64,000 nucleotides of DNA from Patescibacteria group bacterium. Its GTDB lineage: Bacteria > Patescibacteriota > Microgenomatia > UBA10105 > UBA927. A program made the position numbers and the translations under genes. This document shows positions 47,833-58,353 of the stretch, in pieces. The stretch covers positions 192,596 to 256,595 of the forward strand of contig DATKGN010000013.1 in NCBI GenBank assembly GCA_035510735.1, in the 5' to 3' direction. The notes under the pieces were generated by a model. The model was not told where the DNA came from. It worked only from the letters and a program-made list of their open reading frames with translations, and did no database searches. Position 1 is the stretch's first letter, and every line of letters begins with the position of its first letter.

Positions 47833-47859
47833 GAGTCATATGATATCATAGGGGCAGCT

Positions 47860-49209
47860 ATGATAAAGCTCCCAAAACAAGCACAATCCATCATTGATGA
47901 GGTGAAAAAAAACGGTTTTGATGCTTATGCAATCGGCGGGTCCGTCCGCGATTTACTCATGGACCGGCCGACGAAAGGTTGGGATTTTACGACAAATGCA
48001 ACTCCCGAAGATCTCTTGCGCATTTTCCCGGACAGTTTTTATGATAATCAGTTCGGTACGGTAGGGATTAAGATGCGGGATACCGATGAAACAGTAACGG
48101 ACGTTTACGAAATCACGACATATCGTAGCGAAGAAGGATATAAAGACCACCGCCATCCTGACAAGATTAGCTGGGGCAAAACATTGGCAGGTGACTTGGG
48201 CCGGCGCGATTTTACGATCAATGCAATTGCCTGTGACGGACAAAAAATAGTGGACCCGTATGACGGTCAAAAAGATTTAAAGGATAAAATAATCCGTACG
48301 GTCGGGAACCCGGACGATCGCTTCAAAGAGGACGCTCTCCGTATGATGCGCGCTATCCGTCAGGCGAGCGAGCTCGGATTCATGATTGACCCGATGACCC
48401 TTGCAGCGATCAAAAAAAACGCAGTTCTCCTCAAGGAAATATCAATTGAACGCATCCGCGATGAGTTATTGAAACTGCTTGCATCTTCGTATGCAGCAGA
48501 CGGAATTCTGCTCCTTAAAAGTAGCGGACTTCTCACATTCATCATCCCCGAACTTATCCCTGCATTTGACGTGCAGCAAAAAAGCCCGAAGCGCCATCAC
48601 ATTTACGACGTGGGCACTCATTGTGTCATGGCCATGAAATACTGCCCGTCAAAAGACCCGATCATTCGACTGGCGACACTCCTTCATGACATCGGCAAGG
48701 TACATACATTTAAGAAAGATGATACCGGATTAATCACCTTTTATAACCATGAGGTTGTGGGTGCAAGAATCGCGAGAAGTATTTGTTACCGCCTAAAACT
48801 CTCTAAAAAACAAATAGATAAAGTCGTAACACTTATTCGATGGCATCAGTTCAGCGTAGACGAACGACAGACAGACAGCGCCATACGAAGAATCATTCGC
48901 CATGTCGAAAAAGAAAATCTCGATGACATGCTCGCCCTCCGGATCGGAGACCGGCTCGGCGGCGGAGCGCAAGAAACTTCATGGCGCCTGGAACTTTTTA
49001 AAAAACGCCTTATCGACGTCCAAAAACAGCCCTTCAGCGTCACTGATCTTAAAATTAATGGTTTTGATGTCATGAAAACACTCGGCGTTAAACCCGGTCC
49101 TGTTATCGGGAAACTCTTAAACCAGCTGTTTGCCGAAGTGGAAGCCGGGACGCTCCAAAATGAACGGGAAGCATTACTGTCTCGTCTTAAACAACTCATT
49201 TTCAATTAA
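47860..49209 (+). CDS. cca: CCA-adding tRNA nucleotidyltransferase with HD domain
   Basis: GGSVRD, RRDFTINA, EDALRMMRA, ERIRDE, LLHDIGK. Confidence 0.9.
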   Translation: MIKLPKQAQSIIDEVKKNGFDAYAIGGSVRDLLMDRPTKGWDFTTNATPEDLLRIFPDSFYDNQFGTVGIKMRDTDETVTDVYEITTYRSEEGYKDHRHPDKISWGKTLAGDLGRRDFTINAIACDGQKIVDPYDGQKDLKDKIIRTVGNPDDRFKEDALRMMRAIRQASELGFMIDPMTLAAIKKNAVLLKEISIERIRDELLKLLASSYAADGILLLKSSGLLTFIIPELIPAFDVQQKSPKRHHIYDVGTHCVMAMKYCPSKDPIIRLATLLHDIGKVHTFKKDDTGLITFYNHEVVGARIARSICYRLKLSKKQIDKVVTLIRWHQFSVDERQTDSAIRRIIRHVEKENLDDMLALRIGDRLGGGAQETSWRLELFKKRLIDVQKQPFSVTDLKINGFDVMKTLGVKPGPVIGKLLNQLFAEVEAGTLQNEREALLSRLKQLIFN

Positions 49210-49214
49210 GTATT

Positions 49215-49754
49215 ATGAGTGTTGATGTATTAGCAAATCAATTTCCTGGGGCAATATTAATTGATAAAAGAGAATCAATTGTTCTGCGTTCTAAAGATTT
49301 AGCAATACATATTTATCCACTAGATGCTCAACATGATATAAACGTGGTTAAACGTTTGCAAATTATACAAAATACTATGGAATCGTGTTTATCAGAGCAA
49401 CAAACAAGCATTCAATTTCCTGATGGTAGAATAGTAGCGCTTCGTGGTAACCCAATATTAAAAGCAGATCTTCTCAAGGATGGAAGGGTGTATACAGAAA
49501 GTCCGTTTATTTCTGGTCAAACTATATCCCAAATAATAAGAGCTATCCCTTCAAACCATTGGTTATCTGATGAACTTGTTTCAGTTGGAGAAATCGGCGT
49601 ACTCGAACGTATAGAAAAAGCTTTGGCAGGAGCCTGTGACAAAACAATATTAGGAAGAGTAAATACTATCAGTTATAACACAAAGGCACCTAAAGAGAAT
49701 TTAATAGTTATCACCGATCCCGTAGAATTTGCTGACTCGTTATGGAATATTTAA
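49215..49754 (+). CDS. AT-rich hypothetical protein
   Basis: 179-aa ORF between cca and secF, visibly more AT-rich than its flanks. Confidence 0.65.
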   Translation: MSVDVLANQFPGAILIDKRESIVLRSKDLAIHIYPLDAQHDINVVKRLQIIQNTMESCLSEQQTSIQFPDGRIVALRGNPILKADLLKDGRVYTESPFISGQTISQIIRAIPSNHWLSDELVSVGEIGVLERIEKALAGACDKTILGRVNTISYNTKAPKENLIVITDPVEFADSLWNI

Positions 49755-49799
49755 AGTATTTTGAAGTTAAATACCCTAATGGTTTCTATCGACAAATAA

Positions 49800-50672
49800 T
49801 TACTTTTTTCTCTTTTCCCACCGATCCCAAAGAATAAGAATCGGAGTCGCAATAAAATCCGAGGAGTATGTCCCTGATATGGTGCCGATGAGAAGTGCGA
49901 AGATAAACCACCGGACGGTCTCCCCCCCCATAAGAACCAGCGCCAACAGCATGAAAATAATGGTGAGTGAATTGGCAAGCGACCTTCCAACGGTTTGCGT
50001 AAGCGCCTTATCACACAACTGGTCAAACGGCAGCCGGTCACCGCGCTTCAGCATTTCGCGGATGCGGTCAAACACGACAATGGTATCGTGCACCGAAAAG
50101 CTCATGGTCGTCAAAAATGCCGTTACAAATAATGTATCGACTTCTATGTGCAAAAAGTGTCCGAGTAATGAAAAAGTCCCCAAAACAACGAGAAGATCAT
50201 GGATAAGGGCAAGAATTGCAGCTACGCCGAATTTAATATTCTTAAATGCATACGCAACATACGACAGCATTGCGATAATTGCGACAATCGCCGCCATCAC
50301 GGTTTTTTGCAACAGCTCTTTCCCTAAAACCGGACCGACGGTATCGTTCCTTACAATTTCCGGCTTTTCAGGACTGGAGGTAATCGCATTTTCCAGTTTC
50401 GCAAGTTCGGCGTTTGAAACAGGCTTCAAACGCACTAAATAATTATTGCCGGTTGAAAATTGGATGTTCGCCGCAATAATTTTTTGCCCTGATAATATAT
50501 TTTCAACAACAGATTGCGGCACATTCGATTTATAATGCAGTTCGATTAACGTGCCGCCCGTAAAATCCACTGCAGGCAATAATCCAAACCGGAGTAGTGC
50601 AAAAGTACCCGGAACGAGTACAAGGGCGGATATTAAAAAATAGAGCCAGATGAATCTTGAAAAACGAATCAT
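49800..50672 (-). CDS. secF: Protein translocase subunit SecF
   Basis: DFTGGT, VGPVLG, HDLLV, DTIVVFDRIRE, GTYSS. Confidence 0.97.
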   Translation of the reverse strand: MIRFSRFIWLYFLISALVLVPGTFALLRFGLLPAVDFTGGTLIELHYKSNVPQSVVENILSGQKIIAANIQFSTGNNYLVRLKPVSNAELAKLENAITSSPEKPEIVRNDTVGPVLGKELLQKTVMAAIVAIIAMLSYVAYAFKNIKFGVAAILALIHDLLVVLGTFSLLGHFLHIEVDTLFVTAFLTTMSFSVHDTIVVFDRIREMLKRGDRLPFDQLCDKALTQTVGRSLANSLTIIFMLLALVLMGGETVRWFIFALLIGTISGTYSSDFIATPILILWDRWEKRKK

Positions 50673-50688
50673 ATGTTTTGAAAATTAT

Positions 50689-52074
50689 TTATGCGTCTTC
50701 GGATTTTTTCTTATCCTTTTCTTTATAGAGAACCCGTAAAAACGTCCTCGTTACGATTATACCGGTAAACAAGCTCGTCACGACACCGATAAATAATGTG
50801 ACGGCAAATCCGCGCACCATTCCGGAACTCGGAAGAAACTGCCAGTTACCGGGGTTAAATAACACCGCGCAGGTGATCATGGTAGTGATGTTCGCATCCC
50901 GGATACTGTCCCACGCCCTTCCGAATCCTAACTCCAATGCGACTCTCCAGGGTTTACCCAATCGTTTTTCTTCTTTAAAACGTTCAAAAATCAGAATATT
51001 GCTGTCCACAGCCATACCGATCGACAAAAGAAATCCTGCAACCCCAGGGAGCGTCAACGTTATCGGAATCCACCGGTAAATCGCAAAATTGAGTAAACCG
51101 TACAAAATAAGCGCCATGTCGGCAAACAGTCCGAGCCACTCGTATTTCGCTATCATAAACGCGGCAACGATAAGTAAGCCAATTCCCCCAGCGCGAATAC
51201 TTTGGATAACCGATTCCTGCCCTAAGGTAGCGCCAACAGTCTGCTTTTCTACAACAGTGACCGGTACGGGCAATGCGCCGGCATTAAGTTGCAATGCAAG
51301 CGTTTTCGCCGCATCCTGCGTAAAACTGCCCGTAATGACGGCCTTTCCATCACTAATCTCGGTATTTACCCTCGGCCAGGTAACCGGAAAATCATCTAAG
51401 AATATCGCAAGAGGTTTCCCGATGAGCCGTTTGGTGATAGCATCAAATTTAGCCCCGCCGGCACTATTAAATTCCAGGGAGACTTCAGGTTCACCGGTTT
51501 GGGAACTAAAATCCATGAGCGCCCGGGTAAGATCTTTACCGGTTAAACCGGTCGATTTCGTATTGTCCAAGGTCGGAATGAGAAACGCCGACGTCGATGA
51601 TTCCTGATAATTCGTGAATTCGCGGAATTCCAATTGAGCTGTTTGTCCGATAAGCGCTATCGCACGGTTCACATCGGTCACTCCGGGTAGTTCAACAAGT
51701 ATGCGGTATGAATCCTTATTTTGTGCCGACTGAACGATTGGCTCGGAAACACCAAAAAGATTGACCCGCCGCTCAATCACCTGTTTTGCAGAATCAAGTG
51801 CTGACGTGCGATCCGCGGGCTTTATGTCCTTCATATTTGCTTCCAGCGTTACATTCGCGCCCCCGGATAAATCCAAACCCAATTGGGTTTTGAAGTCTTT
51901 ATTGACAGCCATCCCGAATAAGGAAAAATGAATAGATAATGGGTTAACGATACGGTCAACGGAAACCGGTCCAACGCGAAACTTCAGATGATAATTTTCC
52001 GGTAAATCAATCGCTATAAGGAGAAGCGCTAATAGGATGAGAATAATAAATACTCTACGCGGCGTTTTAAACAT
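50689..52074 (-). CDS. secD: Protein translocase subunit SecD
   Basis: LGLDLSGG, LNAGALPVP, GMAVDSNILIFER, DANITT. Confidence 0.97.
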   Translation of the reverse strand: MFKTPRRVFIILILLALLLIAIDLPENYHLKFRVGPVSVDRIVNPLSIHFSLFGMAVNKDFKTQLGLDLSGGANVTLEANMKDIKPADRTSALDSAKQVIERRVNLFGVSEPIVQSAQNKDSYRILVELPGVTDVNRAIALIGQTAQLEFREFTNYQESSTSAFLIPTLDNTKSTGLTGKDLTRALMDFSSQTGEPEVSLEFNSAGGAKFDAITKRLIGKPLAIFLDDFPVTWPRVNTEISDGKAVITGSFTQDAAKTLALQLNAGALPVPVTVVEKQTVGATLGQESVIQSIRAGGIGLLIVAAFMIAKYEWLGLFADMALILYGLLNFAIYRWIPITLTLPGVAGFLLSIGMAVDSNILIFERFKEEKRLGKPWRVALELGFGRAWDSIRDANITTMITCAVLFNPGNWQFLPSSGMVRGFAVTLFIGVVTSLFTGIIVTRTFLRVLYKEKDKKKSEDA

Positions 52075-52129
52075 ATCACTGATAGTATAAATACATGACG
52101 TTTGAAACAATTACCGATTATGAAGATTG

Positions 52130-52711
52130 TCAGCTTACCAGATCCTCTTCATCTCCAACAATCATAATCCGTGAACCCCCGACAACCGATAATACAAACG
52201 GATCCCTTCGAGATTTTCTGAAACTGAATTCTTCTTCCGTCATCACCGTATAATTGATTTCCCGCTCACGACGAGCTTCTTCCGCTTTAATGATATGGGA
52301 AAGCTCCGGTAACACAACATTCCCAACAACTAATAAGTCAACGTCTGTTTGTGATTTTTTCTCCAACCCTCTCAGATATCGCCCTGAGACCATGACGAAT
52401 TTGAGTTTTCCTAATTTTGCCCGCTGCTTGATAATATCTGCTCCCAAACCTGACGCCTTACCAATAAGCTCCATAAGCTCATAATACAAAGGGTAGTCTT
52501 TTCGGAATGAATAAAACAGCCTATTAGCCCGCTGCTCTTTTGAAACCATCCCCGCAGCTTCCATGTGGGCAAGCTCTCGCCTGACCGCATTTATCTCTTC
52601 GTCAACTTTGCGGACGATATCGCGTACATGGAAAATTGTACCCGGGTGGCTGAGGAATAAGGTGAGAATTTTTACACGAACCCTGGAAATGATAATATCT
52701 TCAAGCATCAT
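52130..52711 (-). CDS. Winged-helix plus nucleotidyltransferase-like protein
   Basis: SRVRVKIL, INAVRREL (HTH); SG...DVDLLVVG. Confidence 0.72.
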   Translation of the reverse strand: MMLEDIIISRVRVKILTLFLSHPGTIFHVRDIVRKVDEEINAVRRELAHMEAAGMVSKEQRANRLFYSFRKDYPLYYELMELIGKASGLGADIIKQRAKLGKLKFVMVSGRYLRGLEKKSQTDVDLLVVGNVVLPELSHIIKAEEARREREINYTVMTEEEFSFRKSRRDPFVLSVVGGSRIMIVGDEEDLVS

Positions 52712-52743
52712 ACAAGCCTCCCAGGGCAGGCAACCATTATACG

Positions 52744-53934
52744 TTAATAGGTTACGGGTGTCCCCGTCGGCAGCATTTCTATCCAAATTTGACCGCGATT
52801 GAAACTCACTTCTTTACCGGTCAGATCATAAAATACAGTTCGGGCGTCCCGTGTCGTTTTTCGCCACGTAACTTTTATCACCTTACCGTCCTGAAACAAT
52901 AACCCGTTTCCAACGCCGATATTATTGTATAAAAGGTGACCATGTTCATCGACCGGTCCTGTCTCAGCCGCAAACAATATAACAACATCGTGTGCAGTCA
53001 GTTGCTTCTTTGTCTCTAAATCAATGTGTGGTGCACCGCCATTAAACCGTTTGTACGTATCGGATGCACGGTCAAAATCCCACCTCACACCATACTCGCT
53101 CTCGTAGCCCTTCCACGCGACGAAACTTGCTGAAAAAGATGCCGCCCGATCTGATAACGCTGCATCATCTTTAAACTTCCACGAGCGGAAATCTTTATCC
53201 CACGCCACGTTATCATTGTTGGCGTCAACATTTGTCCAACCGCGGGTAGCTGCAAGGCTAATGAGTTTATCCGTCGAACACGTCATCGTATGCTCTGTTG
53301 CAACGGGATGATCAAGACGGTCATAGTTTCGATAACACGTAGGGAATGATATTCCGAATTGGTCCATATCTTTAATGCCGTATTGGCCAATCTGGCAAAG
53401 CGCTTTCGCCCGCGGATCAACAGTCGGATCACTACAAACGCCTGCCCCACCGACATGATTATATAACGCGTCATATTCAAGAACCCAAGGGAGGAAAAAT
53501 GTCCGAGCGCTTCGGACCGGTGCAGCATTGACATTTCGGACCGCAATACCACAATAAAACACTGCCATAAACCGGGTTATACCGCCCTCTGCAACTGACT
53601 CATAGATGACGTCGGCATACGAGAGACCCGATTGCGGTCTCGCATCTGTATGATTTTCTATCATGATGGCGAGAGGCCTGCGTTTCAACCAAATATCCTT
53701 TTCCTGCGTTGTATAGAACTGACCGTTAAGAGGACACGCTTCTGTTTTCGGAACTGACGGGTCAATAACAAAATGCGCCTGACTATCATTTGCGACCGTT
53801 GATGAAATAGTCATCGAAGGAAGCGGTTGTTTTTTCGGAGCAAATAGGCTGAATCCGGCAAACGATAAACCGGTCGAGATAAGGTATAAGGCAATTCCCA
53901 CAAATGTTGTTGCTATATATTGTTGTTTGTTCAT
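52744..53934 (-). CDS. DUF3048 domain protein
   Basis: RPLAIMIENH..ARPQSGL, AEGGITRF, PVRSAR. Confidence 0.88.
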   Translation of the reverse strand: MNKQQYIATTFVGIALYLISTGLSFAGFSLFAPKKQPLPSMTISSTVANDSQAHFVIDPSVPKTEACPLNGQFYTTQEKDIWLKRRPLAIMIENHTDARPQSGLSYADVIYESVAEGGITRFMAVFYCGIAVRNVNAAPVRSARTFFLPWVLEYDALYNHVGGAGVCSDPTVDPRAKALCQIGQYGIKDMDQFGISFPTCYRNYDRLDHPVATEHTMTCSTDKLISLAATRGWTNVDANNDNVAWDKDFRSWKFKDDAALSDRAASFSASFVAWKGYESEYGVRWDFDRASDTYKRFNGGAPHIDLETKKQLTAHDVVILFAAETGPVDEHGHLLYNNIGVGNGLLFQDGKVIKVTWRKTTRDARTVFYDLTGKEVSFNRGQIWIEMLPTGTPVTY

Positions 53935-54416
53935 ACGTCCTTTCCGTTTAATGATTCCGCTTCCTGTATCGCGCGACTTTCTTCTTTTGAAAGCTCGTAT
54001 TCCTCCCCTTTACCTGCACGAATTGCCTTCACATACCATCTATTCCCGGTTCTCGCATAGAGCGACGTCATAACAATACCATTATCACCGCCATCGAGTA
54101 ATGCTAATGTAAAACTTTGACTTCCGCCGGTATCAGAAAATGGGTTAAACCGAACCAACCCGATCTTCTGAATATGCAATTTCCCATCCGATACAAGACT
54201 CTTTATCGAGCGCTCAATGTCTGCGGTTTGTTTCTGCAGCCCCTTCTGATTTTTAACAATTACTTCAAGTACTTCTTTTAATCCGTGGCTTGTAATACCA
54301 TTCGTAAGGCGGTTATAGTGGCTGATCATGCGAAACAAAACAACACTTAATACACTCAGCCAAACGATAATAAACACCCACACAAATGAAAAAAAGCCTC
54401 CGCCATTGAACACCAT
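53931..54416 (-). CDS. DUF4446 family protein
   Basis: TM, KIGLVRFNPFSDTGGSQSF, LSKEE. Confidence 0.85.
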   Translation of the reverse strand: MVFNGGGFFSFVWVFIIVWLSVLSVVLFRMISHYNRLTNGITSHGLKEVLEVIVKNQKGLQKQTADIERSIKSLVSDGKLHIQKIGLVRFNPFSDTGGSQSFTLALLDGGDNGIVMTSLYARTGNRWYVKAIRAGKGEEYELSKEESRAIQEAESLNGKDV

Positions 54417-54533
54417 TGGTATTCATCATATTACGACCATCATTGTATGATGTCAATAATATATTGCGTTTAAAGTATACCGATTTGACAAGGCTAAGTT
54501 TTCTATGCTACGCTCAGGCTCACGAGGCTAGTT

Positions 54534-54812
54534 ATGCCTAAGAAAACAAGAAGAGAAAAAATACTGGCAGAACAAAGACGAAAAGCTCCAGCGCCAGGGC
54601 GATCTTTCGCTCCTGCGACGACCCAAAGCACCACACTAGCACCCGGAACGTTTTCATTCCAAGCATCACCTCATATATCCAGTGAACGCGTCGAAAAACC
54701 CGATACTCAGGAATTATCGGTAATTCAACATGATCTTACAAAAACAATCATTCTCGCAGCAATCGCAATAGGTTTAGAACTTGGAGCATACTGGATGCTT
54801 CACGGAAAATAA
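54534..54812 (+). CDS. Small protein with C-terminal TM
   Basis: MPKKTRREKI basic N-terminus, DLTKT plus TM. Confidence 0.75.
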   Translation: MPKKTRREKILAEQRRKAPAPGRSFAPATTQSTTLAPGTFSFQASPHISSERVEKPDTQELSVIQHDLTKTIILAAIAIGLELGAYWMLHGK

Positions 54813-54844
54813 ATTAAATTTACGAGAGGAGGTGAATAACAAAT

Positions 54845-54985
54845 ATGGCAAGTATGTATTGTGTAAAATGTCGCGCGAAGAGAGAAGATCCCAACGCGGT
54901 AAAAGTTACCATGAAAAATGGTAAACCAGCAATGAAAGGTAAATGCCCGGTCTGTGGAACGGGTATGTACAAAATTGGTGGCTAA
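54845..54985 (+). CDS. 46-aa zinc-ribbon protein (DUF5679-like)
   Basis: Below the track cut-off. MASMYCVKCRAK...KGKCPVCGTGMYKIGG*, strong AGGAGGTGA Shine-Dalgarno. Confidence 0.85.
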   Translation: MASMYCVKCRAKREDPNAVKVTMKNGKPAMKGKCPVCGTGMYKIGG

Positions 54986-55048
54986 GATTTTTTTGCAAAG
55001 AAATCCTGCCTCCATTGACATTTATGTCTTTGGATTTGGATAGGTATA

Positions 55049-55083
55049 ACATTAAAACCCCGCTTCTGGCGGGGTTTTAATGT
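55049..55083. terminator. Bidirectional intrinsic terminator
   Basis: ACATTAAAACCCCGC-TTCTG-GCGGGGTTTTAATGT between convergent genes. Confidence 0.88.
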
Positions 55084-55120
55084 ATTTGTCATACTGTTCA
55101 ATCAGAATTGATATATAGGT

Positions 55121-56650
55121 TTAAGAATTATCTTTTGGTCTGTACTGCAACGCTTCGGCGATATGAATGACAGCAATCTCCTTTTCTCCGGCTAAATCTG
55201 CGATTGTTCTCCCCATCCTTACCATCCGGTAATAGCTTCTCGCCGATAAGTTCATTCGAGTTACCGCCTGACGTAAAAACGCTATAACTTCATCTGATAA
55301 TGGACAATTGTCATTGATCATCTTTGTGGTCATTTCGCCATTTGAATGAATACCGATACGTACAAACCGTTTCAACTGAATATTCCGTGCTTTCTGTACG
55401 CGCTGCCGTATGATGGACGACGATTCGGCCCGATCATGAGCTGTGCAGACTAGCTTATCAACATCTACTTCTGAAACATACATATGAAGATCTATTCGGT
55501 CTAACATTGGACCGGAAATTCTTTTTTGATACCGTGAAATATTCCCGGGTAAGCAATGACATATTTTTGTTTTAGAACCAAAATTACCGCAGGGACAGGG
55601 GTTTGCGGCACCGACGAGCATAAATTTTGCCGGATAGGTCACGCTGCCTACCGCGCGGGATATATGAACAATGCCATCTTCAACCGGCTGCCGTAATGCT
55701 TCTATCACATGCCGCGGATATTCAGGAAGTTCATCCAAAAACAGTACGCCGCGGTGCGCAAGGGATATTTCTCCCGGTTGCGGGCGAATGCCGCCGCCAA
55801 TGAGACCGATCCTGCTCGTTGTATGATGCGGTGCCCGAAACGGTCTATGTCGAATTATCGACTGTCCGGGAGGCAGATTTCCGGTCACAGAATAAATCTT
55901 TGTAACTTCTATGGCCTCTTGTTCAGTGAGCTCTGGTAGTATGGAGGGAAGTGCTCTCGCAAGCATCGTTTTACCCGCCCCTGGCGGGCCCTGCATGTAG
56001 AGATTGTGACCTCCAGCTGCTGCAATCTCAAGCGCGCGTTTAACGTATTCCTGACCCTGAATATCCGCCATATCAAAATCAAACTCTCTTGAATCCTCAA
56101 AACTTGAAAAAGACGTATGCTTTTGAGGAGTAATAACTGAACTTTTAGTTAAGTGGTGGAAAAGCGCTAGTAACGTCGGTACCGGATAAATATTTACCCC
56201 TTTTATAATAGATGCTTCCTTGGCATCAATCGACGGAAGATAGAGACCGTCCAATTTTTTTTCTTTCGCAAGAAGCGCAATAGATAACACACCGTTCGTA
56301 TGCCGGACACTCCCGTCAAGAGAAAGTTCGCCGAAAAAAATGTTTTGTTCGTCCGGAAGAACGAGTTGACCCGATGCAACGAGAATACCAAACGCAATTG
56401 GAAGATCATATGCGGGACCCACCTTTGGCAAATCTGCGGGAGCCAAATTTACCGTGATTCGTTTCGCCGGAAATTCAGCTCCACTGTTTTTTATGGCAGA
56501 CCTAACCCGTTCACGACTCTCCTCTACCGCCTTATCGGGTAATCCAACGATGGTAAAAGAAGGCAAACCCTGCGACGCAATATCGACCTCAACGGTTATG
56601 AGAACGGCCTCAAGACCGACGACCGCTCCTGATGTTATTTTGGCAAGCAT
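55121..56650 (-). CDS. comM: YifB/ComM Mg-chelatase-like AAA+ ATPase
   Basis: ESRERVRSAI, NLAPADLPK, GPPGAGKT, RAPHH, LFLDELPE, NPCPCG, SGPMLDRID. Confidence 0.94.
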   Translation of the reverse strand: MLAKITSGAVVGLEAVLITVEVDIASQGLPSFTIVGLPDKAVEESRERVRSAIKNSGAEFPAKRITVNLAPADLPKVGPAYDLPIAFGILVASGQLVLPDEQNIFFGELSLDGSVRHTNGVLSIALLAKEKKLDGLYLPSIDAKEASIIKGVNIYPVPTLLALFHHLTKSSVITPQKHTSFSSFEDSREFDFDMADIQGQEYVKRALEIAAAGGHNLYMQGPPGAGKTMLARALPSILPELTEQEAIEVTKIYSVTGNLPPGQSIIRHRPFRAPHHTTSRIGLIGGGIRPQPGEISLAHRGVLFLDELPEYPRHVIEALRQPVEDGIVHISRAVGSVTYPAKFMLVGAANPCPCGNFGSKTKICHCLPGNISRYQKRISGPMLDRIDLHMYVSEVDVDKLVCTAHDRAESSSIIRQRVQKARNIQLKRFVRIGIHSNGEMTTKMINDNCPLSDEVIAFLRQAVTRMNLSARSYYRMVRMGRTIADLAGEKEIAVIHIAEALQYRPKDNS

Positions 56651-56788
56651 TGTCCTTGAACATACAATACTTTTTGACAAAAATCAGTGTTCAACCATAC
56701 ATTCATGGGTCCCGGGACGAAGCATGCATTCTACCAACAATGTACGAGATAAATCGCGGCCTTTGCAAATAAATGGTATAATTATAGG

Positions 56789-57327
56789 GCACATTGGAAT
56801 CCGAATTCTCGCTCTCCTTCGCTCTTTGCTCCGCAAAGAGCTTCGGACGAGCAAGCCCCACATATTACAAATGGCGGGCCTGCCCTCCGTAGCTCCGAAC
56901 GAAGTGAGGAGCGGAGGAGGGAGGAAAGTCCAGACAGCGGAATGCAAGGGACGGAACGTAAGTTCCGCGTCGAATCCTTCGGTGAAACTCAGGATGGCTG
57001 AGCGAAGTCGAAGGCAAGACCGGGTGTTCCGGTAACGAAAGAAACCGGAAACGACTCCCGAAATTACGGGATGAGAGAGCCACAGAGACGATCTTAGATC
57101 TGACTCATGCTTGTCATATCAATTGAATGACCAGTATGAATGGTTTAAGGGTGAAACGTTGGCAATCCCACCTGCTGCAACCGGCGAATGTCCCGCCATC
57201 ATTATGCATTCAAAATTCCGCATTTTGCGGAAGCGGGGCGAAGTTTACGGGCATCAGAGAAATGAGAATTTACCCTCCAGAGCAATCGAAGGGGAAACAG
57301 AATCTGGCTTATGAGATTCCAATGTGC
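56789..57327 (+). ncRNA. rnpB: RNase P RNA
   Basis: P1 GCACATTGGAATC/GATTCCAATGTGC; GAGGAAAGTCC (56921) pairing with AACAGAATCTGGCTTAT (~57296); GCCACAGAGA and GTGAAACG motifs; TGGTATAAT upstream. Confidence 0.93.
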
Positions 57328-57339
57328 ACAAATAATTCT

Positions 57340-58353
57340 TCACGTTTTTGAGGAATTTTTTGTTCGTTGCCGCAACCCGGACATGGCTGATTTTGTTACA
57401 TAATGTGTAAGCAATTCCTGGATAACTAAAGCAACAGGCACGGCGAGGATCGCGCCGACAACACCTGCAAGTCTACCACCGATTAATAATACTAATATGG
57501 TGATAATCGGGGCTAATCCAACGCTTTTGCGCATAATAACCGGAACGAGGACATTGTTTTCTAATTGTTGAACGATAATATATAACGCAATCACACTCAA
57601 TGCGAGAAACGGTGATGTTGCAAGTCCGACAATCACTGCAGGTATGGCGCCAAGAACAGGACCAATCATAGGGACTAACTCAAGTGACCCCGCGAGTATC
57701 GCAAGCGGCAACGCAAAATCAACTCTCAGAATAGATAATCCGATGAACGACATAAGTCCGACAGCCGTCATCAATAATAATTCCCCTCGTACCCATAATC
57801 CTAAGCGCCGTTCGATCGAACGAAGTAATACCATAATATCTTTTGACAGAGATTCTCCTAGCACGCTCGTAATAATCTCCTCTGCTTGGTGACGTTCTAA
57901 AAGAAAATAAAATGTGAACGCAAATACGGTTAAAAACGTTACGATATTAGAAAATATGCCGAACGTCACATTCACAAGGCTTGCTCCAATAGGTGCTATC
58001 TGCTGGCTGATTGATGAAATATTCAGATTCCCATACGGTATGATTCGACCCGCTGCTGTCGGTAGCGCCTGAATAAGTCGACCGAATTGAATAATAAGGG
58101 TGGGCAAAGCACTAATAACCGTCACGCCGAAAAACCCGAAAAGCACAATATAGACGAGAAGAATTCCCACAATTTTGGGTATATGCAATCGTTCTAAATA
58201 GGAAACAACCGGATGGATGGCGGTCATAAGGAGGAATGCGATAAAGAGCAAAAACAAAATATCCCGGATAAGCACCAGAAGCCATGCAATGACAATGAAG
58301 GATAGTGTTATTAAAATTGTTTTAATGGATATCTCTACTCGGCTGTTTATCAT
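57340..58353 (-). CDS. AI-2E family transporter
   Basis: PMIGP, QQLENNVLVP, GAILAVP; about 8 TMs. Confidence 0.92.
   Translation of the reverse strand: MINSRVEISIKTILITLSFIVIAWLLVLIRDILFLLFIAFLLMTAIHPVVSYLERLHIPKIVGILLVYIVLFGFFGVTVISALPTLIIQFGRLIQALPTAAGRIIPYGNLNISSISQQIAPIGASLVNVTFGIFSNIVTFLTVFAFTFYFLLERHQAEEIITSVLGESLSKDIMVLLRSIERRLGLWVRGELLLMTAVGLMSFIGLSILRVDFALPLAILAGSLELVPMIGPVLGAIPAVIVGLATSPFLALSVIALYIIVQQLENNVLVPVIMRKSVGLAPIITILVLLIGGRLAGVVGAILAVPVALVIQELLTHYVTKSAMSGLRQRTKNSSKT

Noticed and set aside
49755-49775. Relic of the cca 3' end beyond the AT-rich orphan
   Set aside because: Only about 13 AT-rich bases resemble it; not significant.
56454-57351. Several short ORFs in the track
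   Set aside because: They overlap comM or the RNase P RNA and have no protein-like features.
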